This document shows, piece by piece, positions 28,382 through 37,914 of a DNA stretch of 64,000 bases (position 1 is its first letter; each line of letters begins with the position of its first letter). Source of the stretch: an uncultured Candidatus Saccharibacteria bacterium (lineage in GTDB: Bacteria > Patescibacteriota > Dojkabacteria > J137); NCBI GenBank assembly GCA_965230975.1, contig OZ246402.1:165771-229770 (forward strand). Direction: 5' to 3'. The position numbers were made by a program, and so were the translations under genes. The notes beneath the pieces were generated by a model that searched no databases, was not told the DNA's origin, and saw only the letters and a program-made list of their open reading frames with translations.

Positions 28382-29485
28382 TTATTTTGTTATTTTAACA
28401 TCTGCATCTAAATCTCCATCCAAGGTAACAATTTCTGCAAATTCAGAATTATTAAACCATTTACTGCCGTTATTCACAGCATTAATTAAGTAAAACTTTG
28501 AGTTACACCTTTTTAAATGTAAATCTTGTTGATCTGTTGTAAATCTCTTAGCTACAAATGTTTGGGTATAATCTAATGTGCTTAAAGTCTCAATGCTAAT
28601 ATCATTATTGTCTCGGGTAAAGAACTTAAAGTTTTCATCTTGAGCGCACATTAAAGTTGGGGATTCTAAAGTTTCAAACACATTCAAAATCTTTTCTTTA
28701 ACTAAATCGTACAAATGCAAATTATTGTTTTCATCTAAAAGTATTAGTTGAGAAATATCTGTCATAACAATTACGTCTTTAACTTCAAAATCAATCTTGG
28801 CCTCACTAATTGGCATAATTAAAGCACCCTTTGCATCTCTTAAAATAAAATCATTACCCTCTTTAAATACAAGAATCTTTTTATCTTCGTTGGTTCTAAC
28901 CAAAGTGCCTCTAATCAAATTCAATTTTAAAATTTGGTTTTCTGTTGAATATTTGTAACTGTGTAGCCATTTTTGATCTGTATCCCCCTGAATAAAGTTA
29001 ACCTGATCATTGTTATACCAAAAGAAATCCTCTACTCCAAAGTCTGAATAATTTGTAACCTGGCTCCATCTTTCAGTTGCAAGGTTGTAAATATAAATAT
29101 TGTATTTGCCTTGTTCACTTAAACCTAAAACTCCAATTAACGTATAATCCGGACTCCATTTAATATCTTTCCATTTTCTATGCTCCAAATTAATGCCTCT
29201 TTTTTCATTAGAGATATCTTTTAAAACAATTGTATCTTCACTTGAAATTGTTGCATAAACATACTTTTCAAGACTTTTTGGAATAATCCGGATTGTGTTA
29301 ACTGTAGCGTCTGGGTAAGAGATTGGGATTGGCTGATTTGTACCGGTTAAATTAACCAAAGTAACTGCCAGCAAAGCTAATGTCGCACAAATTATTAATA
29401 AAACGAAACTTAAAACTACTAAACCTTTATTTTTTTGTTGCATACTACATATTAGATTAAGTTGGACTCTTTTCCAATTGGTCAA
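28382..29485 (-). CDS. membrane-anchored protein with a PD40/TolB-like beta-propeller-like exported domain
   Basis: N-terminal TM (LVVLSFVLLIICATLALLAV). Repeats such as DIKWSPDYTLIGVLG...YNIYIYNL resemble PD40 blades. By-eye call. Confidence 0.35.
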   Translation of the reverse strand: MTNWKRVQLNLICSMQQKNKGLVVLSFVLLIICATLALLAVTLVNLTGTNQPIPISYPDATVNTIRIIPKSLEKYVYATISSEDTIVLKDISNEKRGINLEHRKWKDIKWSPDYTLIGVLGLSEQGKYNIYIYNLATERWSQVTNYSDFGVEDFFWYNNDQVNFIQGDTDQKWLHSYKYSTENQILKLNLIRGTLVRTNEDKKILVFKEGNDFILRDAKGALIMPISEAKIDFEVKDVIVMTDISQLILLDENNNLHLYDLVKEKILNVFETLESPTLMCAQDENFKFFTRDNNDISIETLSTLDYTQTFVAKRFTTDQQDLHLKRCNSKFYLINAVNNGSKWFNNSEFAEIVTLDGDLDADVKITK

Positions 29486-30092
29486 ACAAGATTTTTAATA
29501 ATTCTGAAAATCTAACCTGAAAAGAAGATGTAAACACTAGATAATCTGTGTCTTCTATGGTGGCCGGTATTGCAAGTACACCAAGGCTATTACAAATTAC
29601 AGATGATCTTACCGCTATATCGGGGTTAGCAATAATAATTGTTTTTTGATCTGTATTATTATTTATTATATCTTTGCAAATATCTAAAATACTTGTATTG
29701 TCTAATTTAAACTCAACACGATTTATTGGGAACTTTTTAATAATGCTTTTTAAAGTTTCTGGTTGCCTTTCGCTTAAAGAATATATTTTTGCATTTGTAA
29801 ACTTTCTATTCTCATAACCTTTATCTAAAAAAGCTAAAAGCAAATTATCGTTTTCATTATAAACGTCTAAAATTACAGTGGCTTGCTTGTATTCAGAAGG
29901 TACCTTTGAAATATCATTAATTAACTTACTTTCATAACCACCAAAAACTGCTAAATAAATAATTGCAATAAGAGATATAGAAATTATTGTTATTATAAAA
30001 ATACCCTTGAATAAAAAAAGCAGACTAAGTCTTTTTTTAGTGCCAACCTCTGCTCTGCTTTTTAATCTTCTTAAGTAAAATTTCTTTCTCAT
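29457..30092 (-). CDS. hypothetical single-pass membrane protein
   Basis: 211 aa. Basic N-terminus then TM (IFIITIISISLIAIIYLAVF). Overlaps both neighbouring genes (29 nt and 4 nt), which suggests an operon. Confidence 0.4.
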   Translation of the reverse strand: MRKKFYLRRLKSRAEVGTKKRLSLLFLFKGIFIITIISISLIAIIYLAVFGGYESKLINDISKVPSEYKQATVILDVYNENDNLLLAFLDKGYENRKFTNAKIYSLSERQPETLKSIIKKFPINRVEFKLDNTSILDICKDIINNNTDQKTIIIANPDIAVRSSVICNSLGVLAIPATIEDTDYLVFTSSFQVRFSELLKILFDQLEKSPT

Positions 30093-30778
30093 CTTTTTTT
30101 ATAAACTCTGTAAATATTTTCAGTGTTGTCTCTGCCATCTGCATTAAAAGAATCAATTAAGGTTAAATTGGATTCTGACTCAAGCTTTTCTATCTCTTGT
30201 AAATTTGTAAAATGACAAAATCGAGCATTTTCTGTAGAGCCAAAACTCATTAAGAAGTCGTTTTCCTGTTCAAGTTTTTTAATCTTTTTTTGATATCTAT
30301 CATAGTTTAAAAACTGCCAGTAAGTTACTACTGCAACGCCACTATGCGAAAGGCTTTCACTTATTTGGTTCAAAAAATATAATCGATTTTGATAGTTAGA
30401 AAGGTGGTGTTGAATTCCAAATGCTACAACTAGATCAAAATCTTTCTGGAGTAAAACCCAGTTTTGATTGTCTAAGTCTACTTTTAAAACTTTTGCGCCA
30501 AGATTTTTTGCTTGTGATAAAAGCAGGTTAGAATAATCTAAGCCTAAATATTCAAAGGATTTAGTATTTTCTTGAGCGAATTTAAAAAACCTCCCGTTGC
30601 CACAACCTAAATCCAAAACTTTGTAAGAATCACTTTTGTTAACAAAACCTCTGTTTACCAATTCAATCCAGCCAGTCCACGGAGCTGTTCGGGTTTTAGA
30701 AAACTCCTCTGCCTGAGTTGTGTAAAGTGATCCAACTTTGGCTTGGAGTTGATTTGTATTTTGATCTGGTTCTTGCAT
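30089..30778 (-). CDS. class I SAM-dependent methyltransferase
   Basis: KVLDLGCGNGRFFKFA is the glycine-rich motif I. An acidic motif follows about 20 aa later (LGLDYS). Methyltransf_11/25-like. Confidence 0.7.
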   Translation of the reverse strand: MQEPDQNTNQLQAKVGSLYTTQAEEFSKTRTAPWTGWIELVNRGFVNKSDSYKVLDLGCGNGRFFKFAQENTKSFEYLGLDYSNLLLSQAKNLGAKVLKVDLDNQNWVLLQKDFDLVVAFGIQHHLSNYQNRLYFLNQISESLSHSGVAVVTYWQFLNYDRYQKKIKKLEQENDFLMSFGSTENARFCHFTNLQEIEKLESESNLTLIDSFNADGRDNTENIYRVYKKR

Positions 30779-30868
30779 CCATTCATTTTATCAGTTTGAA
30801 AGTAAAAGTTACATGGATATGTTTATGTAAAGATATCTTTTGACAATATATATGAATGTTGATAATAT

Positions 30869-31117
30869 ATGTTTATGAAAGTATCCAAGCTTCCACCAAT
30901 AGAGGTAGACATTAAAGAGTTAGAAAAATTTAAAATTCTTACAAAGCAAGAAGGTGAAAGTATGTCAAAAGTTATTCGCAAAATGATTTCTGATTACAAT
31001 AAGTCTAAATTGGGAAGAGCTACTAAAAAAGGACTTTGGGAGGAATATCAAATTAAAATTAAGTCTACGGGTGTAACAAGCACTAATTATAAAGATTTTT
31101 TATATGGTAGTGCTTGA
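30869..31117 (+). CDS. putative antitoxin (VapB-like) of a type II TA pair
   Basis: 82-aa ORF overlapping the downstream PIN-domain gene by 14 nt, which is the typical TA arrangement. Confidence 0.45.
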   Translation: MFMKVSKLPPIEVDIKELEKFKILTKQEGESMSKVIRKMISDYNKSKLGRATKKGLWEEYQIKIKSTGVTSTNYKDFLYGSA

Positions 31118-31589
31118 TACTTCTTTTGTTATTGCTGCTCTCTCGGTAGAAGATCCATTTCATTTAGAATCTGTTGAAACCTTGGTACGTTTAGAATCAC
31201 AAGGTGAAATATTTGTAATTAATAATTTTGTTGTTGCAGAACTACTTACCTTGGCAAATTTAAGATTTAAATCTTATAAAGCTTCGATTGTAAAATATAC
31301 TACTGACTTATTTGAAAATAACTTACACAATTCAATTTATAAATTTATTGATGAAGGCTTATTTACAAAATCTTTTGTTTTATCAAAAGAATCAAAGATA
31401 TCTTTTACAGACTGTACAGTTATTTTAACTGCACTGCAATATAAGTCTGCAACACTTTTAAGTCATGATGTGCAATTAACTAAAATGTACTCAAATCTAA
31501 CCTTGGGTAAGGCTAAGTTATCGGGATATTTGTTAAACGATAAATCAACTAAACAATACTCTGCTAATAAAAGAAAAAAGTTTTCATAA
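31104..31589 (+). CDS. vapC: PIN-domain ribonuclease toxin (VapC-like)
   Basis: MVVLDTSFVIAAL is the hallmark PIN N-terminal strand with the first catalytic Asp. Conserved E (VVAELLTL) and D (SFTDCTVI) are downstream. 161 aa. Confidence 0.6.
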   Translation: MVVLDTSFVIAALSVEDPFHLESVETLVRLESQGEIFVINNFVVAELLTLANLRFKSYKASIVKYTTDLFENNLHNSIYKFIDEGLFTKSFVLSKESKISFTDCTVILTALQYKSATLLSHDVQLTKMYSNLTLGKAKLSGYLLNDKSTKQYSANKRKKFS

Positions 31590-31698
31590 AACGTTACTTT
31601 TTGTTACAACTGAATACATTCGATACTTCATTTTACATCGAGAAGTCCCAATAACAGCAGTTCGTAGTTGGGATATCTAATATGTTAAAATTACCATC

Positions 31699-33492
31699 GT
31701 GAAAAGATATTCGTTTTTACCACAAAACTATAAGATAGAGCTTAAAAGCATTTATTCAGAGCTATTAAAAGTAGATCCATACTCTGACAAAGAGTTAGAT
31801 AAGATTTTAAAAAAACACCCAAAAGATAAAAGCGATATTTTTAGCAGAGATAACTTAATTAAAGGAATTGAATACTTTATAGAAAATTCTTTTGATTTTG
31901 AAGAAGAGGAGCTTTTGGCTTTAATTCCAAAAATTAAAATGAAGCCAACAAGAACAATTTCCGGAGTCACTACAGTAACTGTTTTAACAAAACCATTTGC
32001 GTGCCCTGGGCAGTGTGTATTTTGCCCAAATGATGTTCGAATGCCTAAAAGCTATATTGCAACAGAACCAGGTGCACAAAGAGCTTTAATGAATCGATTT
32101 AGTCCATATTTCCAGGTTAGCAATAGACTTAAAGCTTTAAAAAATATTGGCCATCCTACAGATAAAATTGAACTTTTAATTTTAGGGGGGACTTGGTCAT
32201 ATTATCCAAAAAAATATCAAATTTGGTTTATTAAAGAATGTTTTAGGGCAATGAATGAATTTGGTGTAAAAGAGGTGAATTCTGCAAATTCAATGATCGA
32301 TATTTCTGAATACTTAAAAGTTGATTATAACCAAGAATTAAGAAAAGAAACTGGCGATAAGCCTTACAATCAATTAATTCAAACACCAAAATTTAAAGCT
32401 GATTTTGATAAATATATAGAAAAAGAAGACTACGAAGGTAAGGGCTTAAAAGAGTTATGGGAAGATTTGGTAAAAGAGCAAGATATTAATAGTAGTTGTA
32501 AAACAAGGTGTGTTGGGTTGGTTTTAGAAACAAGACCGGATTCTATTACTGCCCAAGAGGTTTTTGATTTAAGAAGACTTGGAGCCACAAAAATACAACT
32601 TGGAATTCAAACTTTAGACGATAAAATAAGTGACTTAAACAAACGTGGAGAACACAGAGAAGAGACATCTTTAGCCTTCAATTTATTAAGAAAAGGTGGT
32701 TTTAAAATTCATGCGCATATAATGCCAAACTTGTACGGAGCAACTCCAGAAATTGATTTAAGGGTGTACAAAGAGCTTTTTGATGACCCAAATTACAAGC
32801 CAGATGAATTAAAAATTTATCCAACCTCAATTATTAAAAATACAGAACTTTACACTTTGTGGCAAGAAGGCAAATATACACCCTACACTACTCAAGAATT
32901 AGTAGATTTATTAGCAGATTGCATAGAATACACTCCTGAATACTGTAGACTTACAAGAATCATTAGAGATATTCCATCTACAGAAATAGAAGATGGTAAC
33001 AAAACTACAAATTTAAGAGAGGTTGCAGAATTTAAGCTTAAAAAAGAAGGTCGAAAGAATAGTAATATTAGAGCCAGAGAAATTCGAGATAAAAAAGTTA
33101 CTATGAAAGATTTAACACTCGACATTATAGAATACTCTACTGCGATTTCCACGGAGTATTTTTTACAATACATAACAACCTCTCGGGAAATCGCAGGGTT
33201 TTTACGGCTTTCAATTCCAAAATCTAACAAAAACGATATTACTGCAGAATTAGACAACTCTGCAATTATTAGAGAAGTTCATGTTTACGGCCCAAGTTTA
33301 GAATTAGACAAAGACTCAATTGGCGAAGCTCAGCACTTGGGCCTTGGTACAAAATTAATAGAAAAAGCAAAATTAATAACTAAAGATCATGGCTTTAGAA
33401 ATTTAGCAGTAATCTCTAGCATAGGAACAAGAGAATATTATCAAAAAAGAGGATTTGAATTAAAGGAATATTATCAAGTTGCAAAGTTATAG
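31699..33492 (+). CDS. Elp3-like radical SAM / GNAT fusion protein (tRNA wobble-uridine modification-type)
   Basis: TVLTKPFACPGQCVFCPN carries the radical-SAM CxxxCxxC cluster motif in the Elp3-typical context. SYIATEPGAQRA follows. C-terminal HLGLGTKLIEKAKLITKDHGFRNLAVISSIGTREYYQKRGFELKEYY is the Elp3 GNAT domain. Confidence 0.75.
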   Translation: MKRYSFLPQNYKIELKSIYSELLKVDPYSDKELDKILKKHPKDKSDIFSRDNLIKGIEYFIENSFDFEEEELLALIPKIKMKPTRTISGVTTVTVLTKPFACPGQCVFCPNDVRMPKSYIATEPGAQRALMNRFSPYFQVSNRLKALKNIGHPTDKIELLILGGTWSYYPKKYQIWFIKECFRAMNEFGVKEVNSANSMIDISEYLKVDYNQELRKETGDKPYNQLIQTPKFKADFDKYIEKEDYEGKGLKELWEDLVKEQDINSSCKTRCVGLVLETRPDSITAQEVFDLRRLGATKIQLGIQTLDDKISDLNKRGEHREETSLAFNLLRKGGFKIHAHIMPNLYGATPEIDLRVYKELFDDPNYKPDELKIYPTSIIKNTELYTLWQEGKYTPYTTQELVDLLADCIEYTPEYCRLTRIIRDIPSTEIEDGNKTTNLREVAEFKLKKEGRKNSNIRAREIRDKKVTMKDLTLDIIEYSTAISTEYFLQYITTSREIAGFLRLSIPKSNKNDITAELDNSAIIREVHVYGPSLELDKDSIGEAQHLGLGTKLIEKAKLITKDHGFRNLAVISSIGTREYYQKRGFELKEYYQVAKL

Positions 33493-34194
33493 GTTCCACA
33501 TATGGTTAAACCTAGTTTTGGCTAAGTCTACTAGGTGCTTATCAAAAATTTCTAATATTGAAGGCGAGTTATTAATGCACATTATTAATACAGAAGTATC
33601 GTTAATATTAGCCATTAAATTTACATTAAAGTTTTTGATTTGTTTGACCTCTCTTAGATTATCTCCAGGATTTTCTGCATGAATTGTATGGTCTGTAGCA
33701 CATGCAATTATTTTGGCGGGTAAGTGATTTTTTATTCTAGGCTTAATATAAAGTTCTTTATCGATTTTTTCAGGATAATATTTTCTAAATAAGTCATGAC
33801 TCCCTATAAACTTAACTTCTTTTGAAGATTTATATAATGTTTGGGTGCATTTTTCAATGAAGTTGTTTTCTCCTTCTGAGTAACTAAATTCTGTAATTGG
33901 GCTAACTGTATTTCCAAAAATTGCAGACAGTGATTCTAGATAGGGTTCAAGGCTTTTTTTGAAAATTGATGAGTTAAGATTTGTCTCTATTCCTAAAAGC
34001 TTAGAAGTCTCAAAAAAGTCCAGCTCCAAAAATTCTGCAATTTTAAAAAGTGTTTCCTTTGTGGGGTTTATTCTACCGTTCTCAATTCTAGATATTGTTC
34101 CTGTTGAGGCGTTTATTGCTAACTCAAGATCTAGTTGAGATACTCCCTTATTTAGTCTGTATTTTTTTAAAGCTAGTGCGGTATTCATATTCAA
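33487..34194 (-). CDS. XRE-family HTH transcriptional regulator with a C-terminal domain of unknown function
   Basis: N-terminal LKKYRLNKGVSQLDLELAINASTGTISRIENGRINPTKETLFKIAEFL is an HTH_3/XRE motif. 235 aa. Overlaps the Elp3 3' end convergently by 6 nt. Confidence 0.7.
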   Translation of the reverse strand: MNMNTALALKKYRLNKGVSQLDLELAINASTGTISRIENGRINPTKETLFKIAEFLELDFFETSKLLGIETNLNSSIFKKSLEPYLESLSAIFGNTVSPITEFSYSEGENNFIEKCTQTLYKSSKEVKFIGSHDLFRKYYPEKIDKELYIKPRIKNHLPAKIIACATDHTIHAENPGDNLREVKQIKNFNVNLMANINDTSVLIMCINNSPSILEIFDKHLVDLAKTRFNHMWNL

Positions 34195-34238
34195 TATCGT
34201 TTTGGGTATTATAAATCCGCCTGATGGTTTATTACAAG

Positions 34239-34532
34239 TTAGTGTGCACTAACTTTGATTAAAGATTTAACTATTGAGGCATTTCTAATAAGATAATTTA
34301 TCTCATCTTCTGAAATCGAAATGCCTAATAACTCTGCTTTCTCTAAAAAGTTTAAATTAAGCACCTCGGCAATTTTAAGAAGAGTTTCTTTAGAAGGGTT
34401 AACAAACCCATTCTCTATTCTGCTTATAGAGCCGGTAGAAGCGCCAATGCTTAGTTCGAGTTGAAGTTGGCTTACATTAGCTCTTATTCTATATTTCCTT
34501 AACTTGTTCCCAATTTTTATAAAATGCTCCAT
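34239..34532 (-). CDS. XRE-family HTH regulator, short paralog of the adjacent gene
   Basis: LRKYRIRANVSQLQLELSIGASTGSISRIENGFVNPSKETLLKIAEVL is a near-duplicate of the HTH of the 235-aa neighbour. 97 aa, lacking the C-terminal domain. Confidence 0.7.
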   Translation of the reverse strand: MEHFIKIGNKLRKYRIRANVSQLQLELSIGASTGSISRIENGFVNPSKETLLKIAEVLNLNFLEKAELLGISISEDEINYLIRNASIVKSLIKVSAH

Positions 34533-34697
34533 GGCTACTGATTTAATAGCTGTATTATATATTGTATTCAGATTTATGTTTGTGTTATAGATTTTGTAAC
34601 AGATATATTAAGCCAGATGTGGTTGTGCTGATTAGCCTTGTGAGTGCTTGCTTTTAAGGGTATAATCCTTTGTGAATTTAGTTATGTTTATTTTGAC

Positions 34698-35462
34698 ATG
34701 ACATCAAAAAAGTTATTGTCGCTTTTAAATGATTACGGACTTTCAAATAATGAATCCAAAGTTTATATTGGATTGCTTAAGTACGGCCACTCTACCGTAA
34801 TGGAGTTAAGTAATAGAATTAGAATGAATCGGTCTACAACTCATTTGGCTGTAAATGAATTGATATCTAAGGGACTTGTTTCTCAGACCAAATATGGTGA
34901 GAGAAGAATCTTGATACCTGAATCACCTGAAAAAATACAGCTGTTAGTAGAAAGTGAAAAGCTAAATATTAAGAGGAAAGAAGAGGGATTGTCTGTTCTA
35001 ATAGATAGTATTTATGAACAAATTCACTCTGCAAAAACCAGCACAGAATTTGTTGTTAAATATATTGAAGGTCGAGAATCAGTTTCGGTTCTGTATGACT
35101 CTATTTTAGAGTCTAAAGAAATTAGAGCCTATTATAACTTCAAAGCTTTGACTACAATGTTTCCTGAAAATGGAGAAAAATTCTTGCAAGCAGGATTAAA
35201 AGGCGTAAAAGTTTGGGATATTATTGCAGATGGAGACTCCGGTTCGCTAATGTGGAACCATAAAATGTATTCTCAAACAGAAAATGTAAAATTTAAACTT
35301 CTTCCAGAAAGGATAGATATGGGTTTTATGGATTATCTGATATATGAGAATAGAATTGCAATGGTCTACTTTGAAGATGTGCCTAAGGCTATTCTAATTT
35401 CCAATCCGTTGCTTTCTGCCAATGCAAAAGCTTTGTTTGATTTGATGTGGGGGTTTCTCTAG
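34698..35462 (+). CDS. TrmB-family (archaeal-type) HTH transcriptional regulator
   Basis: The ORF track begins at 34644, but a -10-like TATAAT at 34661-34666 lies inside that extension. The paralog alignment supports the start at MTSKKLL (34698). SNNESKVYIGLLKYGHSTVMELSNRIRMNRSTTHLAVNELISKGLVSQTKYGERR is a TrmB wHTH. Confidence 0.65.
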   Translation: MTSKKLLSLLNDYGLSNNESKVYIGLLKYGHSTVMELSNRIRMNRSTTHLAVNELISKGLVSQTKYGERRILIPESPEKIQLLVESEKLNIKRKEEGLSVLIDSIYEQIHSAKTSTEFVVKYIEGRESVSVLYDSILESKEIRAYYNFKALTTMFPENGEKFLQAGLKGVKVWDIIADGDSGSLMWNHKMYSQTENVKFKLLPERIDMGFMDYLIYENRIAMVYFEDVPKAILISNPLLSANAKALFDLMWGFL

Positions 35463-35651
35463 ATTAGTAGCCAATAGACCGTCCCTATAGTGCGTGTAGA
35501 TCGTTAATTTGCTATAATTACAACAGGCTTTGATATCCCATTATGGTATATTGTTAGGGTTAGATGAAGGTAGCTTATTGTGAATTTGTAATCAAATATT
35601 ATTTAAAATAAAGAAATTTCGCTTGATCAAAATTTAGGGGCTTCTGGTTAT

Positions 35652-37007
35652 ATGTATTATCAAAAAATTTTATTACATTCTAGGGACAAAGTTAAGTTAG
35701 ATAAAATTCGGGAAAGACTTCGTTCATCTGGGGGTGGTATTTATAAAGGAATTATTCCTAGCAAGGAATGGTTTTCTACAAATATAGGTGAAGGCTATGA
35801 AAGAGTTATACTTGCTTCAGACGGTATTGAGAGTTTGAGTTTTAGGGATTTCACGGTGTTAGGTGGTTGGTGTGCTATTCGTACTAACGATATGTTAAAT
35901 ATAAACGAAGGTAAGCTTAGTAATCTAGAGAGGAACACAACATATAATTACTCTTCTCCATCTGAGGTGTCAGAGTGGGTCTTAAATGCAGTTTCTATTG
36001 ATCAAATTGTTGAGGCTGTTGGTACCTACAAGGGTTGTAAATATACTGTGATCTCTGAACAGCGTCTTTGGGGAGATCGCCTTCAGCAGTCTGTTGAGGC
36101 TCACTTGGGTCGAAGTCTCACAAATGTTGAATCTGAACAGCTTAAATCAGCTGTAGTTAATTCGGAGTTAAAAAGGAAGATTATTACTCAGAAATATCTT
36201 GATAAGGTGACTGGACAAAAGAATTCTTTGAAAGTTGTTATTGATACTGACATATTCGAGGATCTTGTTAGAGAAAGGAATATCTTGTTAGAAAAAGTTT
36301 CGGTTACCATGAAAGACTTAGCTATGCCTATATACTTAAATCGAGTAAAGTCTGGTGCTGATCACCATGATGTGGAGAATATATTAGAGCAGAATATAAT
36401 GAAGGACTTGGTGTCATACATTGATAGTTATAGTTTGGTTTGGTTTATGTATACAGGTCCTTACCTTGAACTTTTAAAATCAAAAGGGTATGTTGATACT
36501 GAAAAGGCAGTGATAATTGAACCTTGGTCGCATGCCTCTAGCAATGAATCAGAGAGTCTTTTTAATCAAAGAGTTTTTGAGCAATTTGGCATTAATAATT
36601 ACTTAGATCCAAATGGATTTAACCGTAATTTAGGATTTATCGCTATGGATGAAGTCGCTTCTTTCTCTTGGAAAAAAATTCGATCAAGCGAGCCTATTTC
36701 TAAGGTTCCGAATTTGAAAAACTATAAAAACTACACTGCTACTTTGTCTCGATCTGCTACTAGGGGTGAGTTAGATTTGTCAAAAAATCAAATATTTCTC
36801 GACGCAGTTAACTACTATCCGTTTAATGAAAACCTGCAATTGATAAAAAAGATGATTGAGGTTAGGGAAGACTGGTTGAATCTTAAGTCTACTTTGTTTG
36901 ACAAGGATATTTCAAATAGAAAACAAGACTTTAGAGTCAAAATGAAATCCCTGGAAGATCTTGTAATTGATCAACTCAGGGATTTTTTTGATTGTATCTT
37001 TGATTAA
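35652..37007 (+). CDS. hypothetical protein (451 aa) flanked by paralogous TrmB-like regulators
   Basis: Long ORF with no recognised motif. Local GC is slightly higher than the surroundings. Confidence 0.45.
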   Translation: MYYQKILLHSRDKVKLDKIRERLRSSGGGIYKGIIPSKEWFSTNIGEGYERVILASDGIESLSFRDFTVLGGWCAIRTNDMLNINEGKLSNLERNTTYNYSSPSEVSEWVLNAVSIDQIVEAVGTYKGCKYTVISEQRLWGDRLQQSVEAHLGRSLTNVESEQLKSAVVNSELKRKIITQKYLDKVTGQKNSLKVVIDTDIFEDLVRERNILLEKVSVTMKDLAMPIYLNRVKSGADHHDVENILEQNIMKDLVSYIDSYSLVWFMYTGPYLELLKSKGYVDTEKAVIIEPWSHASSNESESLFNQRVFEQFGINNYLDPNGFNRNLGFIAMDEVASFSWKKIRSSEPISKVPNLKNYKNYTATLSRSATRGELDLSKNQIFLDAVNYYPFNENLQLIKKMIEVREDWLNLKSTLFDKDISNRKQDFRVKMKSLEDLVIDQLRDFFDCIFD

Positions 37008-37009
37008 GT

Positions 37010-37780
37010 TTACGCTAGTAATTCCCACATGGATTGGTGAAGTGCTTTCAAACTCTCTGCGATAAGCTTGCTAGTTATTAATGTAGCACTAATGCTATCC
37101 TTTTCTAGTTGAATTAAAGCGGCGTGCTCCTCAAATACCAGGATATCTACTCCTGCAAAAAACTTTGAAGCAGGAAGAAATCGTTTGTGATATCTTTTTT
37201 GGCTATTAGTTACCTCTCTAGCTAGTGGTGAATCTAGGGCTATATCCCAAACGTTTCTTGCAGGATTCATATCAAATGCTTTGGTAAAAAGATTTTCTGA
37301 GCCTGGGAAGATCTCGTAGTATTTATCTAGGTTTACAAAAGAGTAAACTTCTGTAGACTTAAGACTAAGTTCATATACATACTTAACTTCTTTTTCCCCT
37401 TGGTAATATTTCACTTCGACTGAGGTGTTCTCTTTCGCTGTAGGTACTGTATCATAAATTGCTTTTACAATATCTGGCATGTTGTCTTCTAGTTTTTTCA
37501 TATCCCATCTCTTTTGTTCCATTAAGAACTCAAGTTTTTTAGGATCCTCTGCAACTACCATTCTTCTTTCTCCGTAGTTTGTTTGGCTTACTAAACCTTT
37601 CTTAATTAATTCTTCGACAGTGTTATGTGTCGTTGACCTTTTAATGCCAGTTTCTCTGGCCAAATTCATAATTGTATTGGGACCAGTTTTTAGTAACGTT
37701 AAATAAACAGTAATCTCCTTATCTGTTAAGCCAAAGTCAATTAAGAAGTTCTTTACTGGCTTGTCGATTTTAGTAGCCAT
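37010..37780 (-). CDS. TrmB-family HTH transcriptional regulator, paralog of 34698-35462
   Basis: TDKEITVYLTLLKTGPNTIMNLARETGIKRSTTHNTVEELIKKGLVSQTNYGERR. Shares the HTH and C-terminal blocks (VKYIEG/VKYYQG, LDKYYEIFPG vs FKALTTMFPE) with the upstream TrmB-like gene. Confidence 0.65.
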   Translation of the reverse strand: MATKIDKPVKNFLIDFGLTDKEITVYLTLLKTGPNTIMNLARETGIKRSTTHNTVEELIKKGLVSQTNYGERRMVVAEDPKKLEFLMEQKRWDMKKLEDNMPDIVKAIYDTVPTAKENTSVEVKYYQGEKEVKYVYELSLKSTEVYSFVNLDKYYEIFPGSENLFTKAFDMNPARNVWDIALDSPLAREVTNSQKRYHKRFLPASKFFAGVDILVFEEHAALIQLEKDSISATLITSKLIAESLKALHQSMWELLA

Positions 37781-37856
37781 TTTAAAATAATAATAAGTAA
37801 TTTGTCAGATTTTTTTAGAAATCGCTAAATTATAACATTTTTTAAAGCGCGAAATC

Positions 37857-37886
37857 AAATACCCACAAAATAATTCGCGGGTATTT
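37857..37886 (-). terminator. possible hairpin terminator downstream of rpsG
   Basis: AAATACCC-n14-GGGTATTT 8-bp inverted repeat. No clean U-tract on the minus strand, so weak. Confidence 0.25.
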
Positions 37887-37914
37887 GAAATCGACAGCTT
37901 TGGGATTCTTGTTA

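Noticed and set aside
31646-31673. TCCCAA-n16-TTGGGA inverted repeat upstream of the Elp3-like gene as an operator or riboswitch
   Set aside because: A single 6-bp inverted repeat with a long loop, and no supporting conservation can be assessed. Within chance expectation.
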